Source: Fonticula alba ATCC 38817
Lineage: Eukaryota > Protista > Nucleariida
NCBI GenBank assembly: GCA_000388065.2
Contig: KB932201.1
DNA: 64,000 bases
Direction: 5' to 3' (one strand)
The position numbers and the translations under genes are program-made. Numbering within the stretch: the stretch's first letter is position 1; the number at the start of each line of letters is the position of its first letter. The notes below the pieces were generated by a model, which worked only from the letters and a program-made list of their open reading frames with translations, was not told the DNA's origin and did no database searches. This document shows positions 1-15,700 of this stretch, in pieces.

Positions 1-65
1 CCCCCCCCCGCCTCTCTCCTCCCCTCCTGCCCGTGTGCCAGACTCCGGTGCCGCCCTAGCCCATC

Positions 66-3000
66 ATGAACCAACCGAGTGACGTCGTCCTCGAGGGCCC
101 GCTCCTTTACGCGGGCCGGCTCTACCAGGGCTACCTTACTCCGGAAACCTGGAGCCTGACCCAGCTCTCCGACGAGAAGAGTGCGTCCCGTCTTCGGCCA
201 CAGCCCCCGCCGTGGCTGTTGCTATCGCTGTCTGGCGGCCTGCCCTCGCCGCCGCAATCCCCCCCCCCCCCTGGGGCCGGCCACTCACTCCTCCCTCTCT
301 CTCTCTCCCTCTTTGACTCCGGCCCCTCGGCCCCTCGGCCCCGTCAGGCTCGACGGTGTACTTCCAGATCAGCGACATCTGGGGCGTGCATCGATGCTCC
401 GCCTCGCGAGATGCCTTCGTCGTGGAGCAGGTGACTCCGGTGGACGTCTTCTCCACGGATAGCGCCGAGGAGTCGACCCTCCACGCGCGGAGCCTGCGCT
501 TCGTGGTCTTTTCCGAGGAGTGCGCCCCGGCCACACCGTCGCCACTGGTATGCTGGTTGTCCTTTTCTCACCCTCCGTTCCCCATGGCACCCTGTGCTTT
601 CGTCTGGCCCCCAGCGAGGCCGAGTCCGCCCGGATGTGTAATGAGTGGCGCAACGCCCTGATGTCCCTGGCCCGGCGCCGGCCCTACGAACGTGCGTCCT
701 CCCGCCCCTCCTTTGGACGTGTGTCGCTGCCCCCTCCCTCGCCTCGGTCGATTGACAACCGCCATTGCCATCAGCCGGTGTGCCGGTGCGCGCACGCCGC
801 GCCAAGGTCATCTTCAACCCGGTGGCCGGGGTCCCCTCTTCCTCCTCGTCCAACATGTCCTTCGCCTATCAGGACCCCTCGCCGGAGTACACTCCCTCCC
901 CTTGGGAGACGGTGCTCGCGGCCTTGACGGACCGCGGGCCTTCGGCTGTGGCGCATGCCGACGAGCATGACCTGGCCTTTGCCCGGTCCAACGGCGCGTC
1001 CACTCTGCATGCACTTCGCCGGCTTGCTGCCCTGGCCAACATGACCTTCGACATCTCGGAGACCATGTTCGCCGGGCACGCGCGTGAGATTGCCCGGTCC
1101 TTCTCGCCGTGGGTGGTGCGCGGCCGTGGCCCGGGGACCGCACGGCCCGGAGCCGATGAGGGCGAGCCCGAGGAGGCCGCGGCGATTTCCCCTGTCGGCA
1201 CGGGCTCCGCTGCCGCTGGTGGTGCTCCCCCGCGTCTGTACGACGCGCTGATCATTGTCGGTGGTGATCGCACCGTGGCCGAGGTGGTGCATGGGCTGCT
1301 GTCGCGCCGGACTTGGCCATTGGCCAAGCTTGTGCCCATTTGCATTTTGCCAACTGGTGCGTGGCATTGGCCCGGCAATGGTGTCCTGCCGTTTTTTGGT
1401 GCAACACTTTGCATCTCTCCATGGGCTGGGAGATCTGGAGGCCGGAGGGGGAGCCGGGGGCCTGAATCGCGCCTCCCTTTTCTCCCGCAGCGGTGCCCAT
1501 CTTGGCCGGGTGGGGAATGCTTTCCCTGCCCTCCTCCTTGTACATGACTCCAACGTGCCCGCCACCGGGCATGCTTTGGCGGCACCCCCGTCTAACCACC
1601 ACCCACATCAGGCGTCCACAACACCCTGGCCCACTCGCTGGGCTTCCACGATTTGACCACCTGTGCGCAGACCCTGGTCACCGGTCTGGGCGCCCCGTTG
1701 GATGTTCTGTCCCTCTCGCTGCCGCTGCCTCAGGTCCTGCTTCCGGCCGGGGCCCAGGGGGGCTCCCCGGTGTCCCCGGCCTCGCCGGCCGATGCGCCGG
1801 GTCAGCTGCCACAGCGGCCAGCTCGGAATATCTTCTGCCTTGGCGGCATGGCCTGGGGTGGGGTGGTGTCGCACCCGGCGACAAGCTTCCTCGGGAGCCT
1901 GATGTCTTCCATTTGGTCGCGAACGGACCGGAACCTGGCGCCGGCCCTCTGCTCGCGAGTGCAGTTCCTCATCGCCGCGGCTGGGGAAGTGTCCGGCTCG
2001 CAGGCCATCCAACGGCACCTGGACAACCAGGCGACCCAATTCCTGAAGGGTGCGCTCATCGACACAGCCACTCTTGCGCATGTTTCCCCGGCCTTTCCTC
2101 CGCCTTCCCCCCACTCCATGTCCTTTCCCTTCGCCTTGGACATGTGTGTGTGTGTGTGTGTTTATGTTTTCCGTCCTGACCCACCCTATCACAGAGCACT
2201 TTGGTGCTGATCCGGTCTCGGTGGCCGACATGACCAAGCTCACCGGGCAGCCGCTTCTGCCGGACGAGTCGGAGTACCCCTCGGAGCTGGACCATGAGCA
2301 CATCGACTCGAGCGACATCGTCTCCGACGCCATGCGCTATGCCGGCCCCGAGCAGCTTCCCTTCGACCAGATCCCGGCGGACGATTACAACATGATTTCT
2401 CTCAAGGGTGTGTTTACCTTTGCCGGTCGGGTCAGACCTGCTGCAGGGGGGGGNNNNNNNNNNNNNNNNNNNNNNNNNNNNNNNNNNNNNNNNNNNNNNN
2501 NNNNNNNNNNNNNNNNNNNNNNNNNNNNNNNNNNNNNNNNNNNNNNNNNNNNNNNNNNNNNNNNNNNNNNNNNNNNNNNNNNNNNNNNNNNNNNNNNNGG
2601 GGGGGGGGGACGAGGAGTGGCATTTTCTTTTCGTTCGCCCGCATCCATGCTCCGCGCTCCTGCCTGGCTGACTGACCGACCGCCCTTGTCCACCGTGTGA
2701 CCCAGGTGAGGACGTCTGGGGTGTGGTGGTTTCCAACACGTGCGCCCCGGTGCACAACACGGCCGCCCCGCACATCCGGGCCACCACTCAGTCGTCCCCC
2801 TTCGATGGGCATCTGGATCTGGCGGTGCTGCGCAACACCGGTAATCCCACGCGTCAGATGTACCGCCTGTGCCGAGACACGGGGGGTCCTCTGTCACCGG
2901 CTCTTGCTACCGATCGGCGGGACGCCCCGCCGGAGGCCGTCGCCGGCGACGACGAGATCATCTTCCGCCGGGTGGATGCGGTTCGTTTGTGCGGCGTGAC

Positions 3001-3196
3001 ATCGGCCGGCTTCCAGCTGGCCCATACCCACACCAACTCCTCCTCCAACAGCCCTGGGACCGACCACCACTCGGCGGGGGCGGCCCCACCGCGGCACCCG
3101 GCGCCCGCCATCGACCCGGATCAGCCACTGGGCGATATCATCATCACCCCGCTCGTTGGTGTCCTGACCGTGTTGCAGCCCTTCCACGGGGCTTGA
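66..3196 (+). CDS. PH-like domain + DAGK-catalytic (sphingosine/ceramide kinase family) protein with degenerate catalytic motifs; 7 exons, 695 aa
   Basis: Exons 66-180, 348-519, 615-691, 775-1356, 1612-2049, 2195-2407 and 2706-3196 join in frame through GT-AG introns (2088 nt). The N-terminus is PH-like (LRFVVFSEDEAESARMCNEWRNAL). DAGK-family motifs: VIFNPVAG, IIVGGDRTVAEVVHGL, ILPTGVHNTLAHSLG, PLDVL, MAWG, SPFDGHLDL, IIITPLVGVLTVL. Intron 6 contains an N-gap, so a hidden exon cannot be excluded. Confidence 0.85.
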
Positions 3197-3493
3197 GAGC
3201 CCGTCTTCCCCAAAGGTGGGGGACAGGGAGGGAGAGAGAGAAAGAAAGACATGGTCACGCGTGCGCTTCCCGGCCGGGCGCCTCCTCCCCTCCATGCCTG
3301 TTGGCCTCGGCTGCCGATATGTGGCGGGATGTAGCCACATGTATCGAAATAAACATGCATTCTATTGCCATTGACGTTTGACGGCGGCATGTTCTTCCCT
3401 CTTTCGCTCGCTTGCTTGCCCCCTTTGTCCCGGTCACATGCAAGGACAATCGTCGGCAAGACAGGGGAAGGGAAAGCCACAGGGACCCACACA

Positions 3494-6385
<2,892 letters not shown>

Positions 6386-6412
6386 GGCGCCCGGAGAGGA
6401 GGAAGCTCAAGG

Positions 6413-6446
<34 letters not shown>

Positions 6447-6759
6447 CCAGGAGGGAGGAGATGCCGGAGAGGAGGAGATGCGAGGTGCGAGAGGTGCGTT
6501 CTAACACCCGCCTGGGGGGGGGGGGCATGCCGGCGCCGGGCTGGTGCCACGAGAAGCATGGCGACCGGGATGATCGAGAAGTCGCCAAGTGCCACCGCAC
6601 CCGGGTATTCGGCAGGCCCCCTCCCCTCGCCGTGGGCGCATCTCTTGAGCGGGCATCACCGTCCCGAGTGAGGGCCCCCGCCCGATCGCGCCAAAAGCAC
6701 ATCCACTTCACGATCCCTCGCCACACACCCACACCAACGCACCTGCGCATGCTCCCCCC
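6386..6759. promoter_or_regulatory. Short divergent intergenic region, a probable bidirectional promoter between ATXN10 and PPOX
   Basis: The head-to-head start codons at 6385 (-) and 6760 (+) are 374 nt apart. A (GA)n tract lies next to the ATXN10 start. This is inferred from gene geometry only. Confidence 0.45.
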
Positions 6760-9269
6760 ATGATCGGCTTGGCCCGTTCTCTTCCCGCCGCCGGGGTCTT
6801 CCGGCAGCCGTTCGGGCTGCGTCTGCCGGCCCTTGTCACCCTCCCGAGCCGCGTGTGTCGCCTTTTCACCGCGTCTCTCCCGCTGCCTCCCCTCCCCCCC
6901 CCTCCCCCCCCCCTTCCCGTCCCCCTGCACGGCACTAATGCTCTTGACCCCCGGACTCGCTGCCCCGCTCACCGCCCCAACTCAGGCTCGCTCGGACCAG
7001 GCTGGCCCTCCGGGATCACCTGCCCCACAGCATGTCGCCATCCTTGGCGGCGGGGCGGCCGGCGTGTCGACCGCCTACTTCCTGCGCACGCGCTATCCGG
7101 AGGCCGTGGACAGTGGCCGCCTCCACATCCACCTCCTGGAGCCAAGCCCGTCGCTGGGAGGGAACATTCGTTCTCTGGCCACGGATATTGTACGCCCGCT
7201 ATCATGCCCAGCTCGGGGCCTCCCGGTTGTCTGCCTTTGGACTTGCCTTCTCGCCTCCTCCCTGCGGCTGATGCCCTTCCCCGGGCCAGGATGGCACTTG
7301 CCTCCTTTCTTTCTTTCTTTTCCCCCTGACTGACCGGTGGGCTCATTCGCGTGGGTGTGACTGCTGACATGGGAACCGGGGGTGGGGGGGGGGTGGTGGT
7401 GCAGCCATGCTCCGGTCGAACCTTCGGTCCGCAAACCTTGCGCCTGGCGTCCCCGCAATCGCTGCTGGTCCTGGGGCTGGTGGATGAGCTCGGCCTGGCC
7501 GGCCATGCGATGACCACCCGCCAGGCCTCCCTGTCATCGGGCATGGTCCTCGGCGGAGAGCCTTTGCTCATGTCGGCGCGCGGGCTGAACCGGCGCTTTG
7601 CCGACGATTTGCTTGGTTTGAATTTGGGATCCCTCGGCACTGGGCTGGCGGCGATCGCACGCGCAGCTCTTGAACCGGTGATCCCCGGTCGAGGTGCGGC
7701 GGCGGCCGGCCAGGCCCCCGAGGATGATGAAACCATCGATGAGTTTGCCCGGCGCCGGCTGGGCCGGCTCATGGCCGCGGGGCCGATGTCAGCCATGGCC
7801 CACGGCGTGTATGCCGGGGACTCACGGCAGCTGAGCATGCGAAGCTGCTTCGGCCAGCTGGTTCGCATCGAGCAGCATCATGGTCGACTCCTGGGAGCGG
7901 GCCTAGTGCCCTTCAGCGTGAGTGACCGACACACGGTGCATGAGCGCCTCCCGGGGCTGGTGGCCAGCCTGCTGGATGGGGGCCCGGGCGTCGGGCTTCG
8001 CGAGGACTTCCGCTCGCCCGTGCAGGCGTATCTGTCCCGGACCCCGGCGGCCCTGGTCGATCCGGTGGACCTGGCGGCCATCAGCCTGCTTGGGCAATTC
8101 CCCCTCTTCACCGGGGCCCCCTTGAAGGGGGTACCCTGGACAAGGAAGCGGTCGCCATTCACCGGGGAAGACCCCACCGAGCTGGCTCTGTCGGTGTTGC
8201 GTGTCGGGCCCAAGCGTGTGCTGTCCCTGCGGCCCGACCGCGCGAATGACCGAGCCCCGGGTCCCAGCGATGAGGCCGCCATTCCGCCGGCTGTTCACGG
8301 CAACCAGGCCCTCGTGGATCGCATGGCACACATCCTGAAAGGCAGCCCGAATGTCCACATCCACCTGGGGACCGGGCCGCTGTCGGTTGACCGGCCGGGC
8401 CCCGGCGGTCCCAAGTACCGGGTGTCGGCCGGGTCGGCGGTGTCGGTCCCGGCGGACCATTTGGTGTGCGCCGCGCCGGCTGGCTCCCTGGCTGACACAC
8501 TGGCCCCCGCCCTGCCCGGCTTGGCCGGAGCCCTGGCCGCGGTCGGGGCCACCAATGCCAAAGTGACCGTCGTCAGTCTCCTGGCCCGGGGCCGGGAGCC
8601 CTTCTCGCGTACCGATACCCTGGGCTATCTTTGGCCGGCCGGCGAGCAAGAAGACAGCATCCTCGGTGTGGTGCTCAACTCGGACATCTTTTCCGAGTGC
8701 GCTCTCTCTCTCCCCCTCCTTTCCTGCCCCTCCCTCCCGAGCCGCCTGCATGCACTGCCTGCCGCCTTGCCTTTACTGACCACTCGTTCCTCCTTGGCCA
8801 TCGCTCCTGTCCCATGCCCCCCTTCGACGCATCGGACAGGCATACCCCCAGCAATGTCTTTCAGGCAACGGTCATGCTCGGCGGGCACATGCCACCGCCG
8901 GAGGACCCGGTAGCCAGCAGCCTGCACCGGGTCCGCCAGCTAACCGGCTTGGATTTGGCAGACCCCCGTCTGGAGCTGGACCTGGCCCAATGGACCGGGG
9001 CCATTCCGCAGTACACGCGCGGGCATCATCACCGACTGGTGGACCTTGCTGGAAGGGCCGCCGGCGAGCGGGTGCACTTTGTCGGGTCCGCCTTCACGGG
9101 AGTCGCGGTGCCCCAGGTTCTCACCTCGGCATTCATGGCTGCGCGCGGCATCGCCGCCGAGCTGGGCCTCCATGAGGGCCTGCTGGCTGGCGTTGACGGC
9201 CAGGCCGGCTTGGGGTATCACCTTCGGCCGTGGGACACCTTCGCCGAGCTGGCCGCCGTCACGCCCTGA
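6760..9269 (+). CDS. PPOX: Protoporphyrinogen oxidase (HemY/Hem14/PPOX), FAD-dependent; 4 exons, 672 aa
   Basis: Exons 6760-6852, 6986-7189, 7405-8696 and 8840-9269 join in frame (2019 nt). Motifs: FAD-binding VAILGGGAAGVSTAYFL and LGGNIRS, then GPQTLR, DETIDEFARRRLG, HGVYAGDSRQLSMRSCF, GYLWP, GVVLNSDIF, TVMLGG, IPQYTRGH and VGSAFTGVAV. Confidence 0.93.
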
Positions 9270-9703
9270 CCCTCCCCCCCCCCCTCCCGCATCATTGGCA
9301 ATACAGAGCACCCTCATACTGGTTGGCCCGCCGAGGGAGAGGCGAGACGAAGAAAGAAAAAAGCACCGAAGGACAGGGAATGTATTGAAGGGTAGAGGAG
9401 AACAAAGGGGCGGGGCGAGAGAGGGAGGTGGACATGGAGGGCCAGCAAGCCGGCCCCCGATCCTTCCCCGAAGCAGGTCTTTGTGGCCGGGCGAGGAGGA
9501 GGGAGGGGCACTGGGACACAAGGGTGTTCTTGTACGCGCAGATGAACCTGTGTCATCGGCATGCCAACTAAGCATGGCGAAAGGGGGTGTCTCTGCGCGT
9601 GCGCTTGAGCCTACACACGCATGCTCATGTAATGTAAAGGCCAGCCCTCTGTATCGGAGGAAGGGGTATTTAAATGACCCTCCCTCCACGAATAACTCTC
9701 TCC

Positions 9704-9746
<43 letters not shown>

Positions 9747-9774
9747 ACGCGCAATGCTTCCCTCATACCCCCTT

Positions 9775-12700
9775 TCAGGGGAGGGGTGGCGCATGCTGCG
9801 AGAGGAGGGCCTGTGAGAAGGCGTCCGAGAAGTTGTGCAACTGGTCGCAAGTGCTTTGAAGGGCCACGGCCAGCGAGATCGCCGCCTCCGAGGAGGGAGA
9901 CCAGCGGCTGGCAGTTGCCTGGTCGATGAGCTGCACAGCACTCGTGTCCTGGTCGAGGGCACGCCCGATGAGGAAGGCCGGATCAGCCGTGTCGACTGGC
10001 GCCGCACACAGGTCGGACACCAGGGTATTGGCCGCGGCCGCCGGGCAACCCGAAAACCGGCAAGACTTGGAGGAACAAGGACAAGTGAGGCAGGTGGAAT
10101 GGCCGGCGAGTGAGCCAGCATCGGCGGACGCAGCATCGGAGGCCATGTGGGTGCTTGGCTCGGCGGCCGAGGTCGGGGCTACGGTGGTGGAGGTGGCGGT
10201 GGCGGTGGCGGTGGCGGTGGCGGTGGCGGTGGCGGTGGCGGTGGCAGTGGAGGTAGTGGTGGTGGTGCTAGGGGTGGCCGAGGCCGTGGCGGGGGCGACG
10301 GGGGCGGTGGCAGTGACAGTGGCGGGGACAGAGCCACCATCCGACGGGCTCACACACGTGGGAACCGCCGGGGTGGCAGCGCCTGGAGACAAGGACGAAG
10401 AAAGATGGCCACCGGTGCTGGCGCTGGTCGGGATGTCCGGCAGCGGGCGCTGAGATAGCCGCGCAATGTTGGCCGCACTGCCCGGCGGCGAGGCGGCCAC
10501 CCGACCGGCCGGGCACGGGCCATCAACAATCCCACCTGCACCCTCATCCGCGCCCGGGGTGTTGGTTTGGGGCGAGCCAGGAAGGCGTACAGGGGCTGGC
10601 CCTGCCACTGGCACCTTGGACACGCGTGGGTCCACGGAGCATGGCGCCTTTGAAGAGAGAGGAGCATCCTGGCTGGGCATTTGCGGATGTTGCTGCTGTT
10701 GCTGCTCGAGGCCACCTTGGCGCTGCTGGCTCGCCAGCGACCGCATATACTGCAAGGCATCCTGTGCCGAGGGGATGCCATCAGCAAAGGCGAAGGAAGC
10801 CGCCGGCCGAGTGGCCGGCGCCTTGGCCAGAACAGCCATCGGCGCCGGGGCAAAGAGCCCGGCGCCGAGCTGCGAGGGGGACGGCCCGGCCGCCGTCACC
10901 GCCGTCGTCGAGGCCGACAACAGCAATGTCGAGCTGATGGAGCCCAGGAGAGCCGAATCCGGGCTGACCGGGGCCACAACCGCCGAGAGGCCCGACTGCC
11001 CAAGGACATCGGCCACCGCACGCTCAGCCAGCAGGATCAAATCGGCCACAAGGTCGCGATACCGGCCGAGGGCCATGCTCCACAAGGAGTGGACCACCCG
11101 CTCGATGCGCCCGGTGACCATGGCAAATAGAGGAGCCACCTCGTCCAAGGTGATGTCCTCCGGCAGGGTGAAGAGAGCCGGCAGGCCGACCAGCGCCAAG
11201 GGCGCCGGGGCCAGCCCCACGGCCGGGTGTTTGAAGGAGTCCGCCAGCGAGGGGAGGGACATGTTGACCGGGGCCACGGGGCCCGACGGCACCGGCGAGG
11301 CGGCGGTGGCGGCGGTGGCGGCGGTGGCGGCAGCGGCGGCAGCGGCGGCAGCGGCGGCATGGCCAGGGGCCGAGACGCCACAGGCTGCGGCCTCTGTCGA
11401 TGTCCCCACCGGGGTGGCACCGCCGGTTGGAATGACCAAAGCAGTGATCTCGGTGCACGTGCAAGCGGGCAACTCATCACCGGCCCCTCCCCAGCATGCG
11501 GCGCCAGGACCGGCATCGGTCACCGAGAAGGTGGAGTGCAGGGACTTGGTCAGAGGAGAGGGCAGCCGCGCCTCCGAGTGCTGGCAAGAGGTGCACCGTG
11601 AGCCCGGCCCCGAGGGCAGAGTGGCCGCCGGGGCCACTGCCGGAGCCGAGGCCTGGGCCATCGCGGCCGCCGCCGCCGCCGCATTGGCCTCCTGCAGAGC
11701 GTATGCCTTGCGCTCGAGGATCTCCAGGCGCGTGCAGACCGATGCCAGACGCGAAATGTGGGCAATGGCTGTTTCGAACACCAAGGACGGATCGACATCG
11801 TCCAGATGGAAGGACGGCGAGCTCGTCAGCCCGGAGAGCCCCTGCTGCGGGGAGGCACACAACAGCCCGCCATTGGGCTCGCACGGGGACGCCAGGCCCG
11901 AGCTGTGGAAGACTGCCGGCGGAAGGCCCGCCTCCGAGGGCGAGGCACTCAAGGAGAAGATCGGCGACGGGGCCAGATTGTTGATGCTCCCGGAGAAGCT
12001 GAGTGCCAGCGAGGCTGACAACCCGGGCGGCGGGAAGTCCAGCAGGCCGGCGGCTCCAACCGAGCCCGAGCCCGAGGAAACCATCTGGCTCGGACCCTCG
12101 CCATCCGTCTGCACTAGGGCCGCCGACGAGTTGGAAGGCTCCGCTCCGGAGGGATTCAAGTTGGCATAGTACTCCACACGACCGGCCAGCTTGCCTGGCA
12201 GAAGGAGCCGCATGTTTTCCTTCCCCTCCAGGCCCTTGAGCTTCACCTGACCAATGCTGTAGGTAAACAGGTCGAATTGCTCGGTCAGCGAATCGAAGGC
12301 CTCCTGCTTGGAGGTAATATGGTTCCAGGTGTCCCCGGAGACGGTGATCTGCCCGCCATCGGCGGCACCGGACACACGAGCCGCACGGTTGACCATCGGC
12401 CCGAAGTAGTCCATGCGCCCGGTCACCGGGTCCGTCTCGCACACGGGCTCGCCCACATGGATGCCCATGCGCACGGACAGGCCGCGGAAGATGAGCTTGT
12501 GATCATTGCAGAAAACAGCCCGGCCATCGGGCAGCTCCAGAGTCTGTATGGAAGAAAGATATGGACACCGGGAGAAGGGAGGGGGCATAGGGCGGGGAGG
12601 GGGAGGAGGGAAAATGGAGAAGAGGAGGAAGATCGGAGTGGCGTCAGCGTGCAGAAGAGACAAGAGGACAAGGGCAAAAGAGACAGAGACAGAGAGATGG

Positions 12701-15700
12701 AGAGATGGAGAGAGAAGAGGGGAGGGGGAAAGGGGCAAACGAACGGACCTCCTTCGGCCAGTCGGCCTCAACGAGCTCACTCTGCACGGCCAAGCACCAG
12801 CGAACCGCCGACACCGGGTCCTGGAAGGCCACCATGAACGCATCGCCCTCGGTCTTGACCTCGTAGCCGTCGTACTTGCGCAGATTCCGACGCATGATCT
12901 GGTTGTGAATGCGAATGCATGTGCGCATGGCGGTTTCGTTGGTTTCCCAAAGCGTGGTGGAGTTCTTGATATCGGTAAACACCAGGGCCAGCAGGCCGCG
13001 CGGGGGGCCCACCTCGGCGCCCAGGCGAGCCAGGGCCGAGTCGACCACGCCATTGCGCAGCAGCCGGCGATTGACGGGATTGGGCTTCATCATCTCCGAC
13101 CGAGGGAGCACCGACAGGACGACCACCGTGATGGCAGTGCTGGCCCCATAAGAGATGGCATAGTCGCGGAGCTTCTGCGATGCGCGCGAGAAACTGGACG
13201 GCACCGACCGGACGACATCCACCGCCGTCTGGTGGCTGAGGAACTTCCAAAACCCGGAGCAGCCCATGATGATGAACTCGTCATTGGCCTCGACCTCGAA
13301 TTCGTACATGCTGGGGTTGGAGATGATCTGCGGGAGGAGATCGCAAAAGCCGAAAGCTGCATCCGGGAGGGGGAGGGGGGAACATGGGAGGCAGATTGGC
13401 ATGTAAGACAGAAGGAAAAGAAGCCGGGCAAAGGGAGAAGGAAGAAGGAACGAGTCGAAAGAAGCAAGCCGAGGACAGGAGGAAGCAGACCGGGAGACAG
13501 GGACAACCGGAAAGATGGGCAACATACCGCGCGTCGTCGGGAGCGACCCATTCAGTAGCCGGGAATTGGCGAACCAGCTACCAGCATTCCGGCAACGGGC
13601 GATCTCAGCCGGGTTGTACACATCATGCGGCTGATGCAGGGGGACCGGCTTGCCGCCCTTGCTGAGAACCGCCTGGGCCACGCCGGTGGCAAAGACATAC
13701 ACCTTGGACCCGCAGTAAACCACCGCCAGGGCCGAGGACCCAGACTGCCCGGCGGTCGGGTATTCTTCGCCGGTTTGGAGCACGCGATTGGAGTTGATGG
13801 ACGACGAGGCCGGGCCGGTGGGAGTGGCGCCGCTGCCCTGAGGAGAGGGCCCATTGTGCAGCGTGGTCCAGGAGCTGGTGATGCCGTAGCCGGCCGCGTC
13901 GCCGCCATGCTCGCCGCCGAAGTACGACGAGAAGACCGTCGGGGCCGAGCCATTGGCCGTGGTCGGCGAGGAAGGCATGTTCACCTGGCCCACCACCGGG
14001 AAGGCACTCGGGCCACTCGAGCCGCCGCTCGAGCCGCCAAGAGACCCGGGCTGGACCCCGGCGATGCCGGCCCCATTCCCATTGGCCCCGGCATTGTTGC
14101 CATTGCCCAGGAAGGAGAAGGCCCCGGACTTGGAGGATAGCCGGCTGCTGGACAGCTGGGGCGAAGAGACCACGGCCGCCTCGCGCTGGATATTCCGCCG
14201 GGCAAGCATCTGACCCACGGCATAGAAGGCCCGCATCATGGAAGACACGACATCATGATTGCGCAGCATGAAGTAGAACTGGCTGGCCAGGTTCTCCCGG
14301 AGGAAGAGCGACACATCGTCCCGGAGGAACCCCTCGAAGAGGCAAAACACATCGGACCCCTCCTTCAGCTCATACACCACGGAGTTGTTGATCGTGGCTC
14401 CGTCATAGCTGAGCATGTTGCTGCAGCCGAGACGCTGGTAGCCCGCCTGCGGGTCGGCATAGTAGCAGTGCTTGATGGCCCGGGCCCGCTCGACCACGCT
14501 GTGACTGTGCGAGGTTTCGGACAAGTTGACCAGCAACAAGTCATGCAGGACATTGATGCCCAGCAGGGACTCCTCGTCGCCGCGCTGGTGCTCCAGCAGA
14601 CGCGGATTGGCCGACAGGTCCAGATGCTTGATGGCCCGGTTTTGGCCCCAATGCCACTCGGAGCTGTTGGCCAGGTTGATCTTCAGATCATTGTGTGACA
14701 GGTCCACCACTTGCAGGCGCGTGCACCGGCTCAGCGCCGCCGGCAGGCTGACCAGCTTGTTGGAGTTCAAATACAACCGGACCAAGTTCGACAGCAGGCC
14801 CATCTCATCCGGCAGCGAGGTCAGCAGGTTGCCCGACAGTGAAAGGACCTCCAGCTTGGAATAGAGGCCAATGGACTTGGGGATCTCCTCCATGTCATTG
14901 TAGGCCAGGTTGATGACACGAAGCTCCGGCATGTGCTCAATCACCGTGAAGACATTGGAGGAGAGCCGGTTGTCCGACAGGTAAATCTCATTCGGTCGCG
15001 AGAGGCCGTTGGAGAATTTGGCAGTCGGGTGGGGAATGCGCTCGATCAGGTTGCTGGACAAATTCAGCAGCAGCAAGCCTCGCAATTGCCAGATCTCATT
15101 CGGCAGTCGGCGCAGATTGTTCGAATGCAAATCCAGCTGGTAGAGCGAGGACAGGTGGCCGATCTCCGGCGGCAGCTCGGACAGGAGGTTCCGCGAGATC
15201 GACAGGCACTGCAAGCGACTGAGGGCCTTGAAGGAGGGCGGCAGCATCATGATATGGTTGTCATCCAGGGACAGGTCGGTCAACATGACCAGCCGGGCAA
15301 AGGAGTCCGGCAGGGTGGTCATCTTGTTGTGGGCCAGGGTCAGCCGGCGCAGGACCGACGAGTCGGCCGTCACATCGAAGCGGGTCAAGCTATTCCGGGT
15401 CATGGTCAACTCCGACAGAGCCAGCAGCCCCGGGGTCAGGGTGAAGGTGGAGATCATATTCCCATCACAGTAGAGCTTCCGCAGGGCCGGGCACTCGCTG
15501 ACACCGGAAATGTCCGTCAGCATGTTTGACCGGACGTCCAATTCCGAGAGCTTGGTCATCTGGGTCAGGTCTGGCAGCGACGTGAGCTTGTTGCAGAGGA
15601 CGCGGAGGACGCGGAGCTATGGGGGGGGGGAGGGGAAGAGGGAGGAGGGAGGAGGTTAGCCAGGGTGGCGCAGGTGCCAGGACAGGGGGGAAGGAGTGCC

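Noticed and set aside
548-614. GTATGC at 548 as the donor of intron 2 of the kinase-like gene
   Set aside because: It gives the wrong phase. GTGCGC at 520 restores the frame and a sensible PH strand-helix sequence.
10466-12169. 567-aa + strand ORF, and other long antisense ORFs such as 32785-34395, 31666-32778, 7903-8751 and 59689-60930
   Set aside because: These are shadow ORFs opposite well-supported genes. GC-rich codon bias suppresses stops, and the translations show no family motifs.
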